Notes: generated from the letters alone by a model not told the origin. A DNA stretch of 64,000 nucleotides from Candidatus Gottesmanbacteria bacterium (GCA_023245335.1 JAHFKK010000001.1:936019-1000018), one strand, 5' to 3'. Counted from the stretch's first letter, positions 1 to 10,622 are shown. Translations and numbers: made by a program.

Positions 1-66
1 ACGCACGGAAAAATTAAACACGTTCATTGGTTTATTTTAGCATGTCCTAACTGACACATAATAAGA

Positions 67-1791
67 CTAAACCACTCCGTGTTCAATTTTTAGTCTGCTC
101 ATTTTCCCGGCGATCTCCTCTTCCTCGACGCCGAAATCAGAAAGTAATCGGTTCACGATAGAGAGCGCTGCCTCAAACTCAGGCTGGACGACGACCTGTA
201 CACCCAGGGACTTCAAGTGCCGCTGATCTTCTTCGTGATGCGTACGGCATATAATTTTTATCTTTCTGTTGAGGGATAACGCGTTCCCGATAATCATTTC
301 CTGCGTATGCCGGTCCGGAATCGCGATGACTATCGCCTTAGCTAGATCGACCTGGGCATAGTCAAGTACTTCCTTGTCCGCCGGGTCACCGTATATCGTC
401 TGAATTCCGGATTCTTTCAGAGTTTTCAAGGTCGTCTGATTATAGTCAACGACAAGAAACGGGACTCCAGCCATCTGTAGCGCACGGCCTATATACCGCC
501 CCACTCTGCCGTAGCCACATATGACCACGTGATCCGTGATGGGATATCCTTCGTCCCTCGGAAATTCATTCTCCCGCTCTTCTTCCCGAAAAAATTTCGG
601 AAAACGTCTGGCAAGTGCGGCGAATCCATAGTACACGTCGTGACTTCTCGTAATAAGCGGTGCGCTTATCATGATGGTGAGAAATGTAACCGCAACGAGA
701 ATCGCGGCATGCGTGTCATTGAGGGCGCCGGCGGCAACCCCCGCACGAGCGAGAACAAATCCGAACTCGCTGACCTGCGTGAGGTAGAGCCCAACCAAAA
801 ATGCGGTCTTACGGTGATAATTCATGAAACGAAGCAATCCGAAGCTTATAAACCATTTGACCAAAACGACGCTTGCGGTCAACGCAAGGACAACCGGCCA
901 CACCGTGAACACCGCACTTATGGGTAACGACATCCCCAGAGACACAAAGAAAACGACGGCAAACAGATCCCGCAACGGCCTGATTTCGGCAAATATCGCG
1001 TGATTCTGACTCGTCTCGGCAACGAGTAGACCCGCGAGAAACGCACCAAGGGTTATAGAAAGACCGACCGCATATGTGGTGAGTCCCACAAAAAATACGA
1101 TCCCGATGGTCGTGAGAAGCAAAAGTTCGCGGTTACGGAATGAGCTCACTGCCGTAAGGAGTTTGGGAACCCCGTGTCGGCCCAGATAGACGACAACGGC
1201 AAGGACGACTCCCGCTTTCAGCATCGCGAGGATGACCGTCCCAAAGGAGGCTATGACCGATGTGCTTCCCGAACTTTTAGAAACCGCTGCTAGAAGGATA
1301 AGAATGGGAACAACAGCAAGGTCCTGCACGACCAGCCATCCGGTGGCTACCTCACCCGGTACAGAATCAAGTTCACCGCGTTCGGAAAGGAGCTTCACGA
1401 CAATTGCCGTCGAGGAAAGGGCAGCGGCAGCTCCCAAGTACAGAGCCGGCACAAAACCCACCTGAAAAAGAACCAGGACAAGAAGGACCACAAAAAATGT
1501 CACGAGAATCTGTGCGATTGCTGGCCAGGCAATGACGTGCAGGATACGCCGGAGTTTATGAAATGAGAACTCTATGCCGAGAGCAAACAGTAGAAGCGTC
1601 ACCCCACCTTGGGAAACCATCTCTACTATCGGGTGATTAATTATGCCCGGAAGAAATGTGGCAACCACGATGCCGCCCGCGATATACCCCAGTATAGAGG
1701 GCAGCCGCAGCCGGATCGCGATGACTCCCCCGCCGATCGCTGCGGCAAGGAGAAGAAGAAATGTCGTTATGAGAGAAAGACTGGAAGACAC
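67..1791 (-). CDS. CPA2-family cation:proton antiporter with C-terminal TrkA-N/RCK domain (Kef-like)
   Basis: Many TM helices, SSTAIV and QDLAVVP motifs, C-terminal ICGYGRVG Rossmann motif. Confidence 0.9.
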   Translation of the reverse strand: MSSSLSLITTFLLLLAAAIGGGVIAIRLRLPSILGYIAGGIVVATFLPGIINHPIVEMVSQGGVTLLLFALGIEFSFHKLRRILHVIAWPAIAQILVTFFVVLLVLVLFQVGFVPALYLGAAAALSSTAIVVKLLSERGELDSVPGEVATGWLVVQDLAVVPILILLAAVSKSSGSTSVIASFGTVILAMLKAGVVLAVVVYLGRHGVPKLLTAVSSFRNRELLLLTTIGIVFFVGLTTYAVGLSITLGAFLAGLLVAETSQNHAIFAEIRPLRDLFAVVFFVSLGMSLPISAVFTVWPVVLALTASVVLVKWFISFGLLRFMNYHRKTAFLVGLYLTQVSEFGFVLARAGVAAGALNDTHAAILVAVTFLTIMISAPLITRSHDVYYGFAALARRFPKFFREEERENEFPRDEGYPITDHVVICGYGRVGRYIGRALQMAGVPFLVVDYNQTTLKTLKESGIQTIYGDPADKEVLDYAQVDLAKAIVIAIPDRHTQEMIIGNALSLNRKIKIICRTHHEEDQRHLKSLGVQVVVQPEFEAALSIVNRLLSDFGVEEEEIAGKMSRLKIEHGVV

Positions 1792-1844
1792 ATCAATGTC
1801 GTCACACCGGCAAAGTCAAAGGCAACATCTCATCAATATTTTCT

Positions 1845-2585
1845 TTACGCTTTTGACGTTTGATGTATGACGCTATTCATATCATCCGGTATCGGAGCCT
1901 CGACGTCAACCCGAGCCCCTCCCGTCGGGTGGGTAAATGTCACTTTCCACGCGTGCAGCATGACACGCGGCGCCCACACACGATCTGATCGTGACGTCTT
2001 TCTGCCGGCGTATTGCCAGTCTCCGACAATCGGATGGTTTATATATTTGAGGTGCACCCGAATCTGATGCGTGCGGCCCGTTTCGGGATATAACTCAACG
2101 AGACTTATTTCTTCTTTCTGTTTGCCGTTGGGCGTGATCCATGAATTGTGGACGGTATATCGCGTCACCGCTTCTTTTCCTCCGGGGACGATACCGAACC
2201 GCTCGCGGTTCCAAGGAAGCCGACCTACCGGCGCCCGAATTTCTCCGATCTGGGGAACCACACGCCCGTGCACGATGGCAAGATACGTCTTTTTGATGAT
2301 GCGTTCCTTAAATTGCCGCTGAAGTTCAACAAACGCTACAGGGTTTTTGGCGATGAGAAGACATCCGGAAGTTTCTTTATCTATCCGGTGTACAATGCCG
2401 GCGCGTTCGGAGAATATCTTTTCTTCATCTGTCGAAGGTGTAAACTCATTACTTTTTATGAAGACCTCGGCCCAATCCTGCACCGTCTCCCCTTGAACCG
2501 ATTCAGCGCGATTGACGACAATTCCCGGAGGCTTATTTACAACGAGCAGATCCGAATCTTCCAATAGTATGGGAATGGCTATCAT
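1845..2585 (-). CDS. RluA-family pseudouridine synthase
   Basis: VNKPPG, HRIDKETSG and TGRTHQIRVH motifs; start placed at the ATG overlapping the upstream stop. Confidence 0.92.
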   Translation of the reverse strand: MIAIPILLEDSDLLVVNKPPGIVVNRAESVQGETVQDWAEVFIKSNEFTPSTDEEKIFSERAGIVHRIDKETSGCLLIAKNPVAFVELQRQFKERIIKKTYLAIVHGRVVPQIGEIRAPVGRLPWNRERFGIVPGGKEAVTRYTVHNSWITPNGKQKEEISLVELYPETGRTHQIRVHLKYINHPIVGDWQYAGRKTSRSDRVWAPRVMLHAWKVTFTHPTGGARVDVEAPIPDDMNSVIHQTSKA

Positions 2586-2962
2586 GCCTTCGCTTTTTGT
2601 TTCGCAGTCAATTCCTTTTCGTGCGTGAGACACAATGTGGCAGTCGGCATGATGGCTAATCGATCCGTGTCGATCATCTGGCCGCAGACGCTGCAAAAGC
2701 CATACGTACCGTCGGTGATCCGGCCGAGAGCCTTTTCTACATTTGTAAGCTGCTGCTTGAGCTCATCAACGAGCGCGGCAACCCGATCATGATTCGATTC
2801 TTCATTTGCTTCCGTATCGGAGGCTGCGTTGTCGTTTGTCCGGTCTAGATCAGTAAACGGATCTTGGACATTGAGCTCTCGCATCCGCGCAAGGAGCCGG
2901 GCTTTCTCTTCCGTCAAATGCTTCTCGAGATCAACGAGTGTGTCTTTTGGAAACTGTTGCAT
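2582..2962 (-). CDS. TraR/DksA-family zinc-finger protein
   Basis: Coiled coil followed by GTYGFCSVCG...RL...P...LCLTH. Confidence 0.88.
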   Translation of the reverse strand: MQQFPKDTLVDLEKHLTEEKARLLARMRELNVQDPFTDLDRTNDNAASDTEANEESNHDRVAALVDELKQQLTNVEKALGRITDGTYGFCSVCGQMIDTDRLAIMPTATLCLTHEKELTAKQKAKA

Positions 2963-3773
2963 AAAATATTTTCCCTTTCTCCGCTATAAACGAATGAACG
3001 GCGTGGGTGATTGGTCGTATCGATTCTCTCCCTCCGCCGCGCACATACAGCACACCAATACATTCAGCAAAAATGCCAATCAAGATCCATTGATTGGCAG
3101 TCAAGCCTCCCCAGTATACTGTACTTTCTTTCAGAAATTCAAGAGCAAACATAAAAACACTGTATAGAAAAAAGAACCAAACGCCGACAATGCCATACGC
3201 CCACTTTTTGGCGGCCGCAATCGTGGTGAGCTTCACCATAAGGGTACTCAACAACACCAGTGCCATCATTTCATAGAGTTCTACGGGATGACGCCCCCCC
3301 GCGAAGCCGACAAATCGAATTGCCCACGGAAGTGCTGTTCTCTTCCCGATTTCTAATCCGCTCATAAGTGCCGCTGTCTCGCCGATGATGATAGGAAGCG
3401 GTAACGCAACCGGCAGCGAATCCAGGACAAGACCGAGACGTACTTTATACCGGCGGCAGAGGACGATAAGCGTCGCGAGTCCCCCGACTAACGCGCCGAG
3501 CCAGGATAAACCGGGGGCAATCCAAAGAGCCGGTATAAGAAGCAATGACTTCCCGATAAAGAGATTTAAATGCGTTACGACAAAACCAAGCCGGGCGGTG
3601 AAAAGCGCAAAAATGGTACTGTAAAACGTGAGGTCAAACACCCGGTCCTCCTCGACAGCCCACCGCCGGAGCGACCGCCATACCAAAAACGAATATGCCA
3701 GCCATGCCAAAACCAAAAGGATATTCGAGACGAAGACCGATACATGCGCTATGGGAAACTCTATGGGCATCAT
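2931..3773 (-). CDS. lgt: Prolipoprotein diacylglyceryl transferase-like membrane protein (divergent)
   Basis: ARLGFV, GLSW-G, LPWAI and HPVELYE motifs, about 7 TM helices; several catalytic positions look altered. Confidence 0.7.
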   Translation of the reverse strand: MMPIEFPIAHVSVFVSNILLVLAWLAYSFLVWRSLRRWAVEEDRVFDLTFYSTIFALFTARLGFVVTHLNLFIGKSLLLIPALWIAPGLSWLGALVGGLATLIVLCRRYKVRLGLVLDSLPVALPLPIIIGETAALMSGLEIGKRTALPWAIRFVGFAGGRHPVELYEMMALVLLSTLMVKLTTIAAAKKWAYGIVGVWFFFLYSVFMFALEFLKESTVYWGGLTANQWILIGIFAECIGVLYVRGGGRESIRPITHAVHSFIAEKGKIFYATVSKRHTR

Positions 3774-3790
3774 ATATCTATTCTACCGCA

Positions 3791-5083
3791 TCAAACTTTT
3801 TTTGCGTATCGAAATCGGTAGAGGCCGTATGAAAATACACACAATCCCAAAAAGAATATGACTTTCCCGACGCCGATAAGATCCGCAAGTACCCCGCTGA
3901 CGACAACGGGCAGGATGCCTGCTCCGCCGACGGAAGCAGAAAGGATGCCATACACCCGGCCCCGGACTTCACCGACCGCTTCTTTCTGGATAATGCTGTT
4001 TGACGGCACGTCCAAAAAACTGTTCGCGACACCCAGTAAGAAAAACAGTCCGAGAGCGATCGTCAAAACGAGTCCGCGGGGCACTAAGGTAAACCAAAAC
4101 GCATTGGTAGCCGCAAATATTGCCGAGACGAGCATGAGAATGGATCCTGCGGAAAGGACGCCGATATTAATGAGTCTGCCGGCAGGAAATTTGTACCCTC
4201 GGTTGCCCATCCACAATGCACCGGAAAGAATACCCAAGATAGTCGGTCCCACGATAAGAACCGACGCATCCCGTATATCGATCCTGAGAACTTTATCTGC
4301 AAAGCCAGGGCCGAGCGTCCCGAGAAGGACGAGGATAATTTGCGTACCGGTGAGAAGAACAACCGCGTCACGGAGAACGTGTGAACGAGCCACATACTGG
4401 AGACCTTCCCGCAAATCAGTCAATAGCCGCCTGAAAATATACGCCAAGTCATAGTGGAAAATATACCGGAGACTGCGCACCCCCTCACCTTGTGGTGGTA
4501 TGCCGGAGACAGAAATTGCCGCACCGACAAACAAAAGAAACAACATAAGATGTGCGCCTTCCCGACCGAATATCCGTAAAGCCGGGCCTGCAAAAATAAA
4601 TCCGACTGCCATACTGCTATAAAACGTAAAGGAAAATAAGCTGTTAGCGGATACGAGGTGTGTTTTCGGAACGAACTGCGGGATAAGCGGAACTTCGGAA
4701 GGTGTCGTCAACTGCATGATAATGGCGTAGAAAAAGACCAAAAGATAAATCGCTGCAATCTGATGGGGCAAAAGAAACACGGGAATGATAAGTAGCGCCC
4801 GGGTGATATGCGATACCAAAAGCACTGCACGCCGGTCAAGCCGGTCGACTATGACGCCTCCGACCGCGCCGAAAAGAAGAGACGGCAAACCATATGATAA
4901 AAAAAGGCCGGATACGGCAGTGTTACTCCCTGTACGTCGGTAGAGTAAAATCGCGAGCAGGAAGATAAGCATGTTGCTCGCAAGCTGTGATGCCATCTGT
5001 CCCAGCCAAAGTCTCCGAAATAACCGATTCCGAAGGACGTCCAAAATAGGGTGAACCTGCTGGGTAATCTGTGTGACCTTCAT
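3791..5083 (-). CDS. MFS transporter
   Basis: About 12 TM helices, GVIVDRLDRR motif A, RGRVYG. Confidence 0.9.
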   Translation of the reverse strand: MKVTQITQQVHPILDVLRNRLFRRLWLGQMASQLASNMLIFLLAILLYRRTGSNTAVSGLFLSYGLPSLLFGAVGGVIVDRLDRRAVLLVSHITRALLIIPVFLLPHQIAAIYLLVFFYAIIMQLTTPSEVPLIPQFVPKTHLVSANSLFSFTFYSSMAVGFIFAGPALRIFGREGAHLMLFLLFVGAAISVSGIPPQGEGVRSLRYIFHYDLAYIFRRLLTDLREGLQYVARSHVLRDAVVLLTGTQIILVLLGTLGPGFADKVLRIDIRDASVLIVGPTILGILSGALWMGNRGYKFPAGRLINIGVLSAGSILMLVSAIFAATNAFWFTLVPRGLVLTIALGLFFLLGVANSFLDVPSNSIIQKEAVGEVRGRVYGILSASVGGAGILPVVVSGVLADLIGVGKVIFFLGLCVFSYGLYRFRYAKKV

Positions 5084-5131
5084 AATCGTATGTATTTTGC
5101 AACTTTTCTCATCTTATCATACAATTTCCTT

Positions 5132-5605
5132 ATGACCGCAACCGCTCATGCCCTGGTCGCAGGCAGTATTGCCGCCCATTTCACCGACCCCGCAACCGCC
5201 ATCCTCCTTGCGCTCACGTCTCACTATGTCATGGACAGCATCCCCCACTGGGACTTCGGAACCGATTGGCGAACCCGTCCGAAGGCACAAACCGGCGCGC
5301 TCGCGATCCTTGAGACACTTTTTGGCATGACCGTCGCCGTATGGGCATTCCATGGTATTGTCGCCTTACCGCTTCTTCTTGCGACCATCGTCGTCTCATT
5401 GCTGCCGGACTGGCTGGAAACGCCGTGGTATATATTTTTCGCGCGCCGTGACTCTAAAGGAGTATCGAAACATGCTCCCCTTTTGGAAAAATTATCATAC
5501 GGATTTTATAAAGTGCCAAACGTCTTTCATACCAAAGCATCAATGGGTTTTGGATTACTCACACAGGCAGTCACCGTCGGGTTCTTCTATATCCTTCTCA
5601 AGTAA
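5132..5605 (+). CDS. Membrane protein, putative metal-dependent hydrolase-like
   Basis: HALVAG, SHYVMDSIPHWD and LPDW motifs within hydrophobic helices. Confidence 0.6.
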   Translation: MTATAHALVAGSIAAHFTDPATAILLALTSHYVMDSIPHWDFGTDWRTRPKAQTGALAILETLFGMTVAVWAFHGIVALPLLLATIVVSLLPDWLETPWYIFFARRDSKGVSKHAPLLEKLSYGFYKVPNVFHTKASMGFGLLTQAVTVGFFYILLK

Positions 5606-5612
5606 CCGTGCG

Positions 5613-6569
5613 TCATGTACGTCGTACACGAATGAGGCCGGAGCACGGAATAATCTTGATCGTATTCTTTTCAAACTCATCTAGGAGTAGGTTCATCCCG
5701 AGACTATCGGAACTCATGTGACCCGCGATAACCAGATTGATGTGGTACTTGATCGCTTCCTTACGGTGTTCTTCCCCGGCGTGCATACCGATAACCGTGC
5801 CCACTCCCGCCATAGCCAATTTTTCGTAAATAATATGTGAAGGTTCTGTGCCTCCGGTGAATTCGATAGGGGCAATCTTTCCGGCCCTGTTTTTGGGGTC
5901 ACCGGCAAATATCACGGGACCTGCTTTCCCTTTCATCGCTTCGATGTATTCCGGTTCTGCTTTCAAAACTTCCAATACTTCTCCGACTGTTTCCGGTTTT
6001 CGTTTTTCGAAAAGCTTTTCCATGTACGTATGAACGAGATTGTCCGTGATCGTATGGGTGCTCATAAATGCAAAGCCCAGTAATCTCGCGGCGTCAATTG
6101 CCTGGGTGTGATTTATAGGACTAAACCGACGCTGGACCTCACCGATCCTATCGCGCATGACGCCTTCGGCGATATTTATCGGTACGCCGTATTTCGCCCA
6201 AATATCCGCCTGCACATCCATAACTTCATGAAGAGCCGCGAGTGACCCGCCTTCCGGATGATGCGTCAAAAGTAAATCGATTCCCTCGCCTTTTTGGTTC
6301 AGACGATCGGCAAGAAGCACCTCAGCCGCGTTTATATCTATGCCGGCCATAATGGTGTCTACGTCGAGGTCGGACTTCCCGAGATAAATGCGCGAATCCG
6401 TATACGGATTCGTCAAATCTTCCGTGTCAAATTCTTTTTGCTTGGATTTGGGAAGTTCTGCGTATTCCTTTTTCCTGCGGGCAAGCATTTTTTCGACGCC
6501 TCCCTTTCCGCGTGGATCCGCTTCTATACCCATTTTTACCGCTAACGCATACAGGTTTTGTAGTTTCAT
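5613..6569 (-). CDS. NIF3/NGG1p-interacting-factor-like metal-binding protein
   Basis: THHPEG, HTITDN and AGHMSSDSLG motifs; start at MKLQ. Confidence 0.8.
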   Translation of the reverse strand: MKLQNLYALAVKMGIEADPRGKGGVEKMLARRKKEYAELPKSKQKEFDTEDLTNPYTDSRIYLGKSDLDVDTIMAGIDINAAEVLLADRLNQKGEGIDLLLTHHPEGGSLAALHEVMDVQADIWAKYGVPINIAEGVMRDRIGEVQRRFSPINHTQAIDAARLLGFAFMSTHTITDNLVHTYMEKLFEKRKPETVGEVLEVLKAEPEYIEAMKGKAGPVIFAGDPKNRAGKIAPIEFTGGTEPSHIIYEKLAMAGVGTVIGMHAGEEHRKEAIKYHINLVIAGHMSSDSLGMNLLLDEFEKNTIKIIPCSGLIRVRRT

Positions 6570-6599
6570 ATCCAAAATTGTATCACATCTTCCTTGGAG

Positions 6600-6684
6600 T
6601 GGCGTGGGAGAGACTCGAACTCTCACGAAGTGTTATCTTCACAGGTTTTTGAGACCTGCGCGTCTACCATTCCGCCACCACGCC
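6600..6684 (-). tRNA. tRNA-Leu (anticodon CAA), CCA not encoded
   Basis: GGCGTGG/CCACGCC acceptor stem, TGGCGGAATGGTAGACGC D arm, CAGGT-CTCAAAA-ACCTG anticodon arm, long variable arm, GTTCGAGTC T loop. Confidence 0.96.
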
Positions 6685-6731
6685 CTATGGGTATTATACT
6701 GCAAAAACGCGGGCAACGAGAAGCCGGGGTA

Positions 6732-8084
6732 TTAATTAGCGGCGGGTGGTTGTACCTCCGTATGTTTCCGTTCGACGGAATAGAATCGGATCCGGTCACC
6801 GCGGAAAATAAGGTCTATCTCGCCCAAGGGACCGTTCCGGTGCTTGGCGATCCTGAGCTTGGTCGGAATCTGTTCGCCCCACATCGTCTGATCGGCTTCC
6901 TCTCGGTAGATAAACATGACAACGTCTGCATCCTGTTCGATGGAACCGGACTCGCGTAAGTCAGAAAGTTCCGGTACTCTCGTCCCCCGCGCTTCTACCG
7001 CCCGCGACAGTTGTGAACAGGCAAGAACCGGAATACGGAGCTCACGCGCGAGATTTTTCAGACTCTGGGATATGATGGATACTTCCTGCACGCGGTTATC
7101 AAATTTACGGCCGGCATCGGCAAGCTGTAAATAGTCGACGATAATGAGCTTCACGCCGTGCTCCACCTGAAGCCTCCGGGCTTTCGTCCGCATTTCGACG
7201 ATATTCATGCCCGGCGTATCGTCGACATACAGCGGCGCCTCGGCCAACTCCCCCATGGCATCGGATAGCTTGGTGAAGTCATCGTCGGTAAGCCGTCCGG
7301 TTTTCAACCGCCAGGCGTCTATATCCGCCTGCGATACGAGGAGCCGGTCCACCAATTCTTCCTTGCTCATTTCCAGAGAAAATATGCCAGTCGGAATTTT
7401 TTCCTTGACCGTCGCGTATTGGGCGATATTGAGTATCATCGCGGTTTTGCCCGTGCCGGGTCGGGCGGCTAGGATAATAAGGTTCGCGTCCTGCATCCCG
7501 GCGAGCTTACTATCGAGTTCCGTAAATCCGGTCGGTATTCCCCGGAGTCCTCCGGCTCGTTTATGAAGTTCGTCCAACCGGTCAAACGACGAGGCCAATG
7601 CATCCTTAATCGGGATAAAATCGCGCCGAGTGGTTGACTGGGATATAGCAAAGATCTCCTGTTCCGCCTCTTCGACGATATCTCGTGCGTTACCTTCTTC
7701 TTTGAACGCAAGTTCCGTAATTTTGGCGGCCGACTGGACGAGCTGCCGCTTGGTCGCCTGCTCCTGGATGATGCGCGCATATTGCTCCGCATGCGCGCTG
7801 GTCGGAACGATATTGAGAAGTTCCGAAAGATACGCGGCTCCTCCGACACCCTTAAGTGACCCTGTTTTTTTCATCTGCGCCGTGACCGTCACGACGTCAA
7901 TTGGTTCATGTGCTTCATAAAGCTCCATCATCGCGGAATAAATGAGTCCGTTGGCGTCTTTGTAGAAATGGTGCGGCCGCAAAAACTCAGCGACATCTAT
8001 CATGGTGTCTTTATCGATGAGAATAGCTCCCAGGACGGACTGTTCGGCAACATCATCATGGGGCGGGACTTTCACGTTTGGCAT
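6732..8084 (-). CDS. dnaB: Replicative DNA helicase
   Basis: PPH..AEQSVLG, AARPGTGKT, VDYLQL, SDLRESGSIEQDAD. Confidence 0.98.
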   Translation of the reverse strand: MPNVKVPPHDDVAEQSVLGAILIDKDTMIDVAEFLRPHHFYKDANGLIYSAMMELYEAHEPIDVVTVTAQMKKTGSLKGVGGAAYLSELLNIVPTSAHAEQYARIIQEQATKRQLVQSAAKITELAFKEEGNARDIVEEAEQEIFAISQSTTRRDFIPIKDALASSFDRLDELHKRAGGLRGIPTGFTELDSKLAGMQDANLIILAARPGTGKTAMILNIAQYATVKEKIPTGIFSLEMSKEELVDRLLVSQADIDAWRLKTGRLTDDDFTKLSDAMGELAEAPLYVDDTPGMNIVEMRTKARRLQVEHGVKLIIVDYLQLADAGRKFDNRVQEVSIISQSLKNLARELRIPVLACSQLSRAVEARGTRVPELSDLRESGSIEQDADVVMFIYREEADQTMWGEQIPTKLRIAKHRNGPLGEIDLIFRGDRIRFYSVERKHTEVQPPAAN

Positions 8085-8143
8085 AGAAACAACGAGCAGA
8101 ATAATCGTTGACCCATACCCTGTTCATGACGAACAGTATGAGA

Positions 8144-8791
8144 TTACTCAAGGACGACTATCTGCATCTCCGCGGGCAGTTTGTCTTTGGTGACGGACAA
8201 TTTGGGAACCGGAACAACACCCTCTTTGCCCATTTCTTTCAAAAATAACGAGACCGGGGAAAGTTTTTCTTTCAGCATGGCGCTCGACTGATTCGCCGCA
8301 TAGTGCATCGGGATAACGATCTTCGGATCGATCGCAGCAACCACACCCGCCGCAACCTTGGCATCGATCGTAAAAAACCCGCCAACCGGAACAAAGAGCA
8401 CATCGACGCCATCCAATATATCCACCTGTTGGCTCGTGAGCTCGTGTCCGAGATCGCCAAGATGCGCAAACCGTACGCCATCCAGCTCGATACGATATGC
8501 GGTATTTTTGCCGCGCACATTTCCGCCTTCCGCGTCGTGAAACGTCGACACACCGATGACCCCCGCTCCCTTTATCTCATACTCGCCCGGCCCGCGAATG
8601 ACAAACGGCGTGCCCGAAACGGAAGCAACGTGATTGTGATCCGGATGTTCGTGAGAAATCGTGACGACGTCTGCTTCTACATTCTTGGGAAATTTCAGGC
8701 CAACTTTCGCTGAATCGTACGGATCAGTTACGACGGTCACCGTCTTGCCTCGGAGCTTAAAGGCTGCATGTCCAAGCGGAAGTATATCCAT
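8144..8791 (-). CDS. MBL-fold metallo-hydrolase
   Basis: SHEHPDH, HLGDLGH, IPMHY. Confidence 0.9.
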   Translation of the reverse strand: MDILPLGHAAFKLRGKTVTVVTDPYDSAKVGLKFPKNVEADVVTISHEHPDHNHVASVSGTPFVIRGPGEYEIKGAGVIGVSTFHDAEGGNVRGKNTAYRIELDGVRFAHLGDLGHELTSQQVDILDGVDVLFVPVGGFFTIDAKVAAGVVAAIDPKIVIPMHYAANQSSAMLKEKLSPVSLFLKEMGKEGVVPVPKLSVTKDKLPAEMQIVVLE

Positions 8792-8930
8792 AGTATTTGC
8801 AATTTATAACAGATTTGGGTATCCTAATCAACGCCCCCTCTTGCTATAAGCTGTGGGGACTGCCTCTTTAGTCTTTTGATTTTATTCTCTTTAATATTAA
8901 TATTTTTATATCGCCGGCATCGTATTGCAT

Positions 8931-9386
8931 ATGAATAAAGACGCGGTACTTGCAACAGTCATAGGATTTGGCGTCGGCCTGGTCATTGCCGGGCTGGTTT
9001 TTTTGGGGCCTACGCTTTTCAAAAATCTACCGCATTTCTCTCTGCCGAACCTGTCATTTTTATCTTCACTTGTACCAAAAAATCGAGGGGCACACCCTAC
9101 CCCCACTCCGACCCCGGGCACGCATGCACTTACCGTAGAGAGTCCGCTTCCCGAAGCAATAGAACCCAAAAATGAAACACTCATTTCCGGTAACGCCCCG
9201 GCCAATGCAATTGTCGTATTAGAGGGTGAAAGCAACGAGGCGGTCGTCATAGCAACTCCACAAGGAGCATACGCCGGAAAAGTGTCGTTAGGAGAAGGAA
9301 AGAACGCTCTTCGTGTCACGAGTTATTCTGGTAAAGAAGTACAAACTCAAAGCTTGACGGTGTACTACACACCCGAAAATTTTTAA
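8931..9386 (+). CDS. Membrane-anchored protein with PT linker and Ig-like C-terminal domain
   Basis: N-terminal TM, PTPTPTP linker, beta-rich LGEGKNAL-type domain. Confidence 0.65.
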   Translation: MNKDAVLATVIGFGVGLVIAGLVFLGPTLFKNLPHFSLPNLSFLSSLVPKNRGAHPTPTPTPGTHALTVESPLPEAIEPKNETLISGNAPANAIVVLEGESNEAVVIATPQGAYAGKVSLGEGKNALRVTSYSGKEVQTQSLTVYYTPENF

Positions 9387-9389
9387 CGT

Positions 9390-10205
9390 ATGAAAAAAAA
9401 TCTCTCACCATTCGCTTTCATTCTTCTCGTCATCTTCCTCGCCGCATTCGCCCGGCCAGTCTATGCAGTCGTCGGAACGACACCAACCGTGCTTCCGACC
9501 TCACCGCCCGCTACAACATCGGCTGATATACAAATCGAAAAGCTCAAAGAGCGCCTTGCAACCAAAGTCGCGGAACTCCGGACGCTCGTGAAGCGCGCGA
9601 TGTTCGGCACGGTCAAAACGGTCTCGGTCGCTTCCGCAACAGTCGAAACCAGCACCAAAGACATAAAGATTGAATTGGGCGACGGCGTGTCAGTCGCACA
9701 AATAATAAGCGGCAAACGGACGACGCTCACAACCGATGATATATCCGTCGGCGATCCGATCACAGTGTTCGGCACCTACGACAACACACTCGATCTTCTG
9801 AAAGCGCAGTTTATCTTCATAGAAAGTAGTATCGTCACGCAACACATCTCCGGCACGGTCAGCGACATAAGCGCAAAAGATTTTACGATGACAGTACATA
9901 CACCGGAAGGTCGCACCATCGTTGTCGATGTCGAGAAAACCACAAAAGCGACGTCCTGGAATAAAGCTGATGGCGTTACCAAGTCAGGATTTTCCAAAAT
10001 CGCAGTCGGTGATACGGTCCATGTGGCGGGCGTCGCCGAACCCAAAAAGGACGATCACATAAGCGCGAACCGCATACTGGATCTCGGTAACCTGTCGGGG
10101 GCAGTACCCAGCCCGACAGCAACACCTACCGTGGTTGCCTCCGATAGCGCGACTCCCAAACCAACCGCCAAATCCGCGAAAACAACGCTGTCTCCCACCC
10201 CATAG
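9390..10205 (+). CDS. Secreted protein with repeated DUF5666-like beta modules and Thr/Pro-rich tails
   Basis: Signal peptide and two 'G.V....I.VGD.(I/V).V.G' modules. Confidence 0.6.
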   Translation: MKKNLSPFAFILLVIFLAAFARPVYAVVGTTPTVLPTSPPATTSADIQIEKLKERLATKVAELRTLVKRAMFGTVKTVSVASATVETSTKDIKIELGDGVSVAQIISGKRTTLTTDDISVGDPITVFGTYDNTLDLLKAQFIFIESSIVTQHISGTVSDISAKDFTMTVHTPEGRTIVVDVEKTTKATSWNKADGVTKSGFSKIAVGDTVHVAGVAEPKKDDHISANRILDLGNLSGAVPSPTATPTVVASDSATPKPTAKSAKTTLSPTP

Positions 10206-10244
10206 CGCTTGTCCTCCGATATATTCACGTGTTACCATGCTGAT

Positions 10245-10622
10245 ATGAGTAAGAAACTTGCCGCATATCCGACATCGGAAATGGTCGCGTTATTTAACGC
10301 GATTCAAGAGATTCGTTCAGACGAGGAAGCAGCCAATTTTTTTCGGGATCTTCTGACGATTGCGGAACTTAAGGAATTCGCCAATCGGTGGCAAATGGTC
10401 AAACGCCTTGTACGCGGAGAGTCATATCTCAAAATCGCTCGTGACCTGCACGTTTCCACGACAACCGTCGGAAGAGTCGCCCACTGGCTCAATAACGGTA
10501 GTGGTGGATATAAAGCGGTAGCTTCCCGATTGTTCGATACCCGTAAGAATCCGGATTATCATGAATCTCCCAGATTCCGATCCGGCAAACTTGCCGGCTG
10601 GCGCAAACCCAACGAGCTATAA
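10245..10622 (+). CDS. TrpR-family (YerC/YecD) transcriptional repressor
   Basis: FFRDLLT..EL...ANRWQ..K.L..G.SY..IA..L.VSTTTVGRVA signature. Confidence 0.9.
   Translation: MSKKLAAYPTSEMVALFNAIQEIRSDEEAANFFRDLLTIAELKEFANRWQMVKRLVRGESYLKIARDLHVSTTTVGRVAHWLNNGSGGYKAVASRLFDTRKNPDYHESPRFRSGKLAGWRKPNEL

Noticed and set aside
6594-6959. ORFs spanning the tRNA, including the N-terminal extension of the NIF3-like ORF
   Set aside because: Explained by tRNA-Leu and dnaB on the minus strand.
6732-8084. Intein in DnaB
   Set aside because: Normal length (450 aa) with contiguous motifs.
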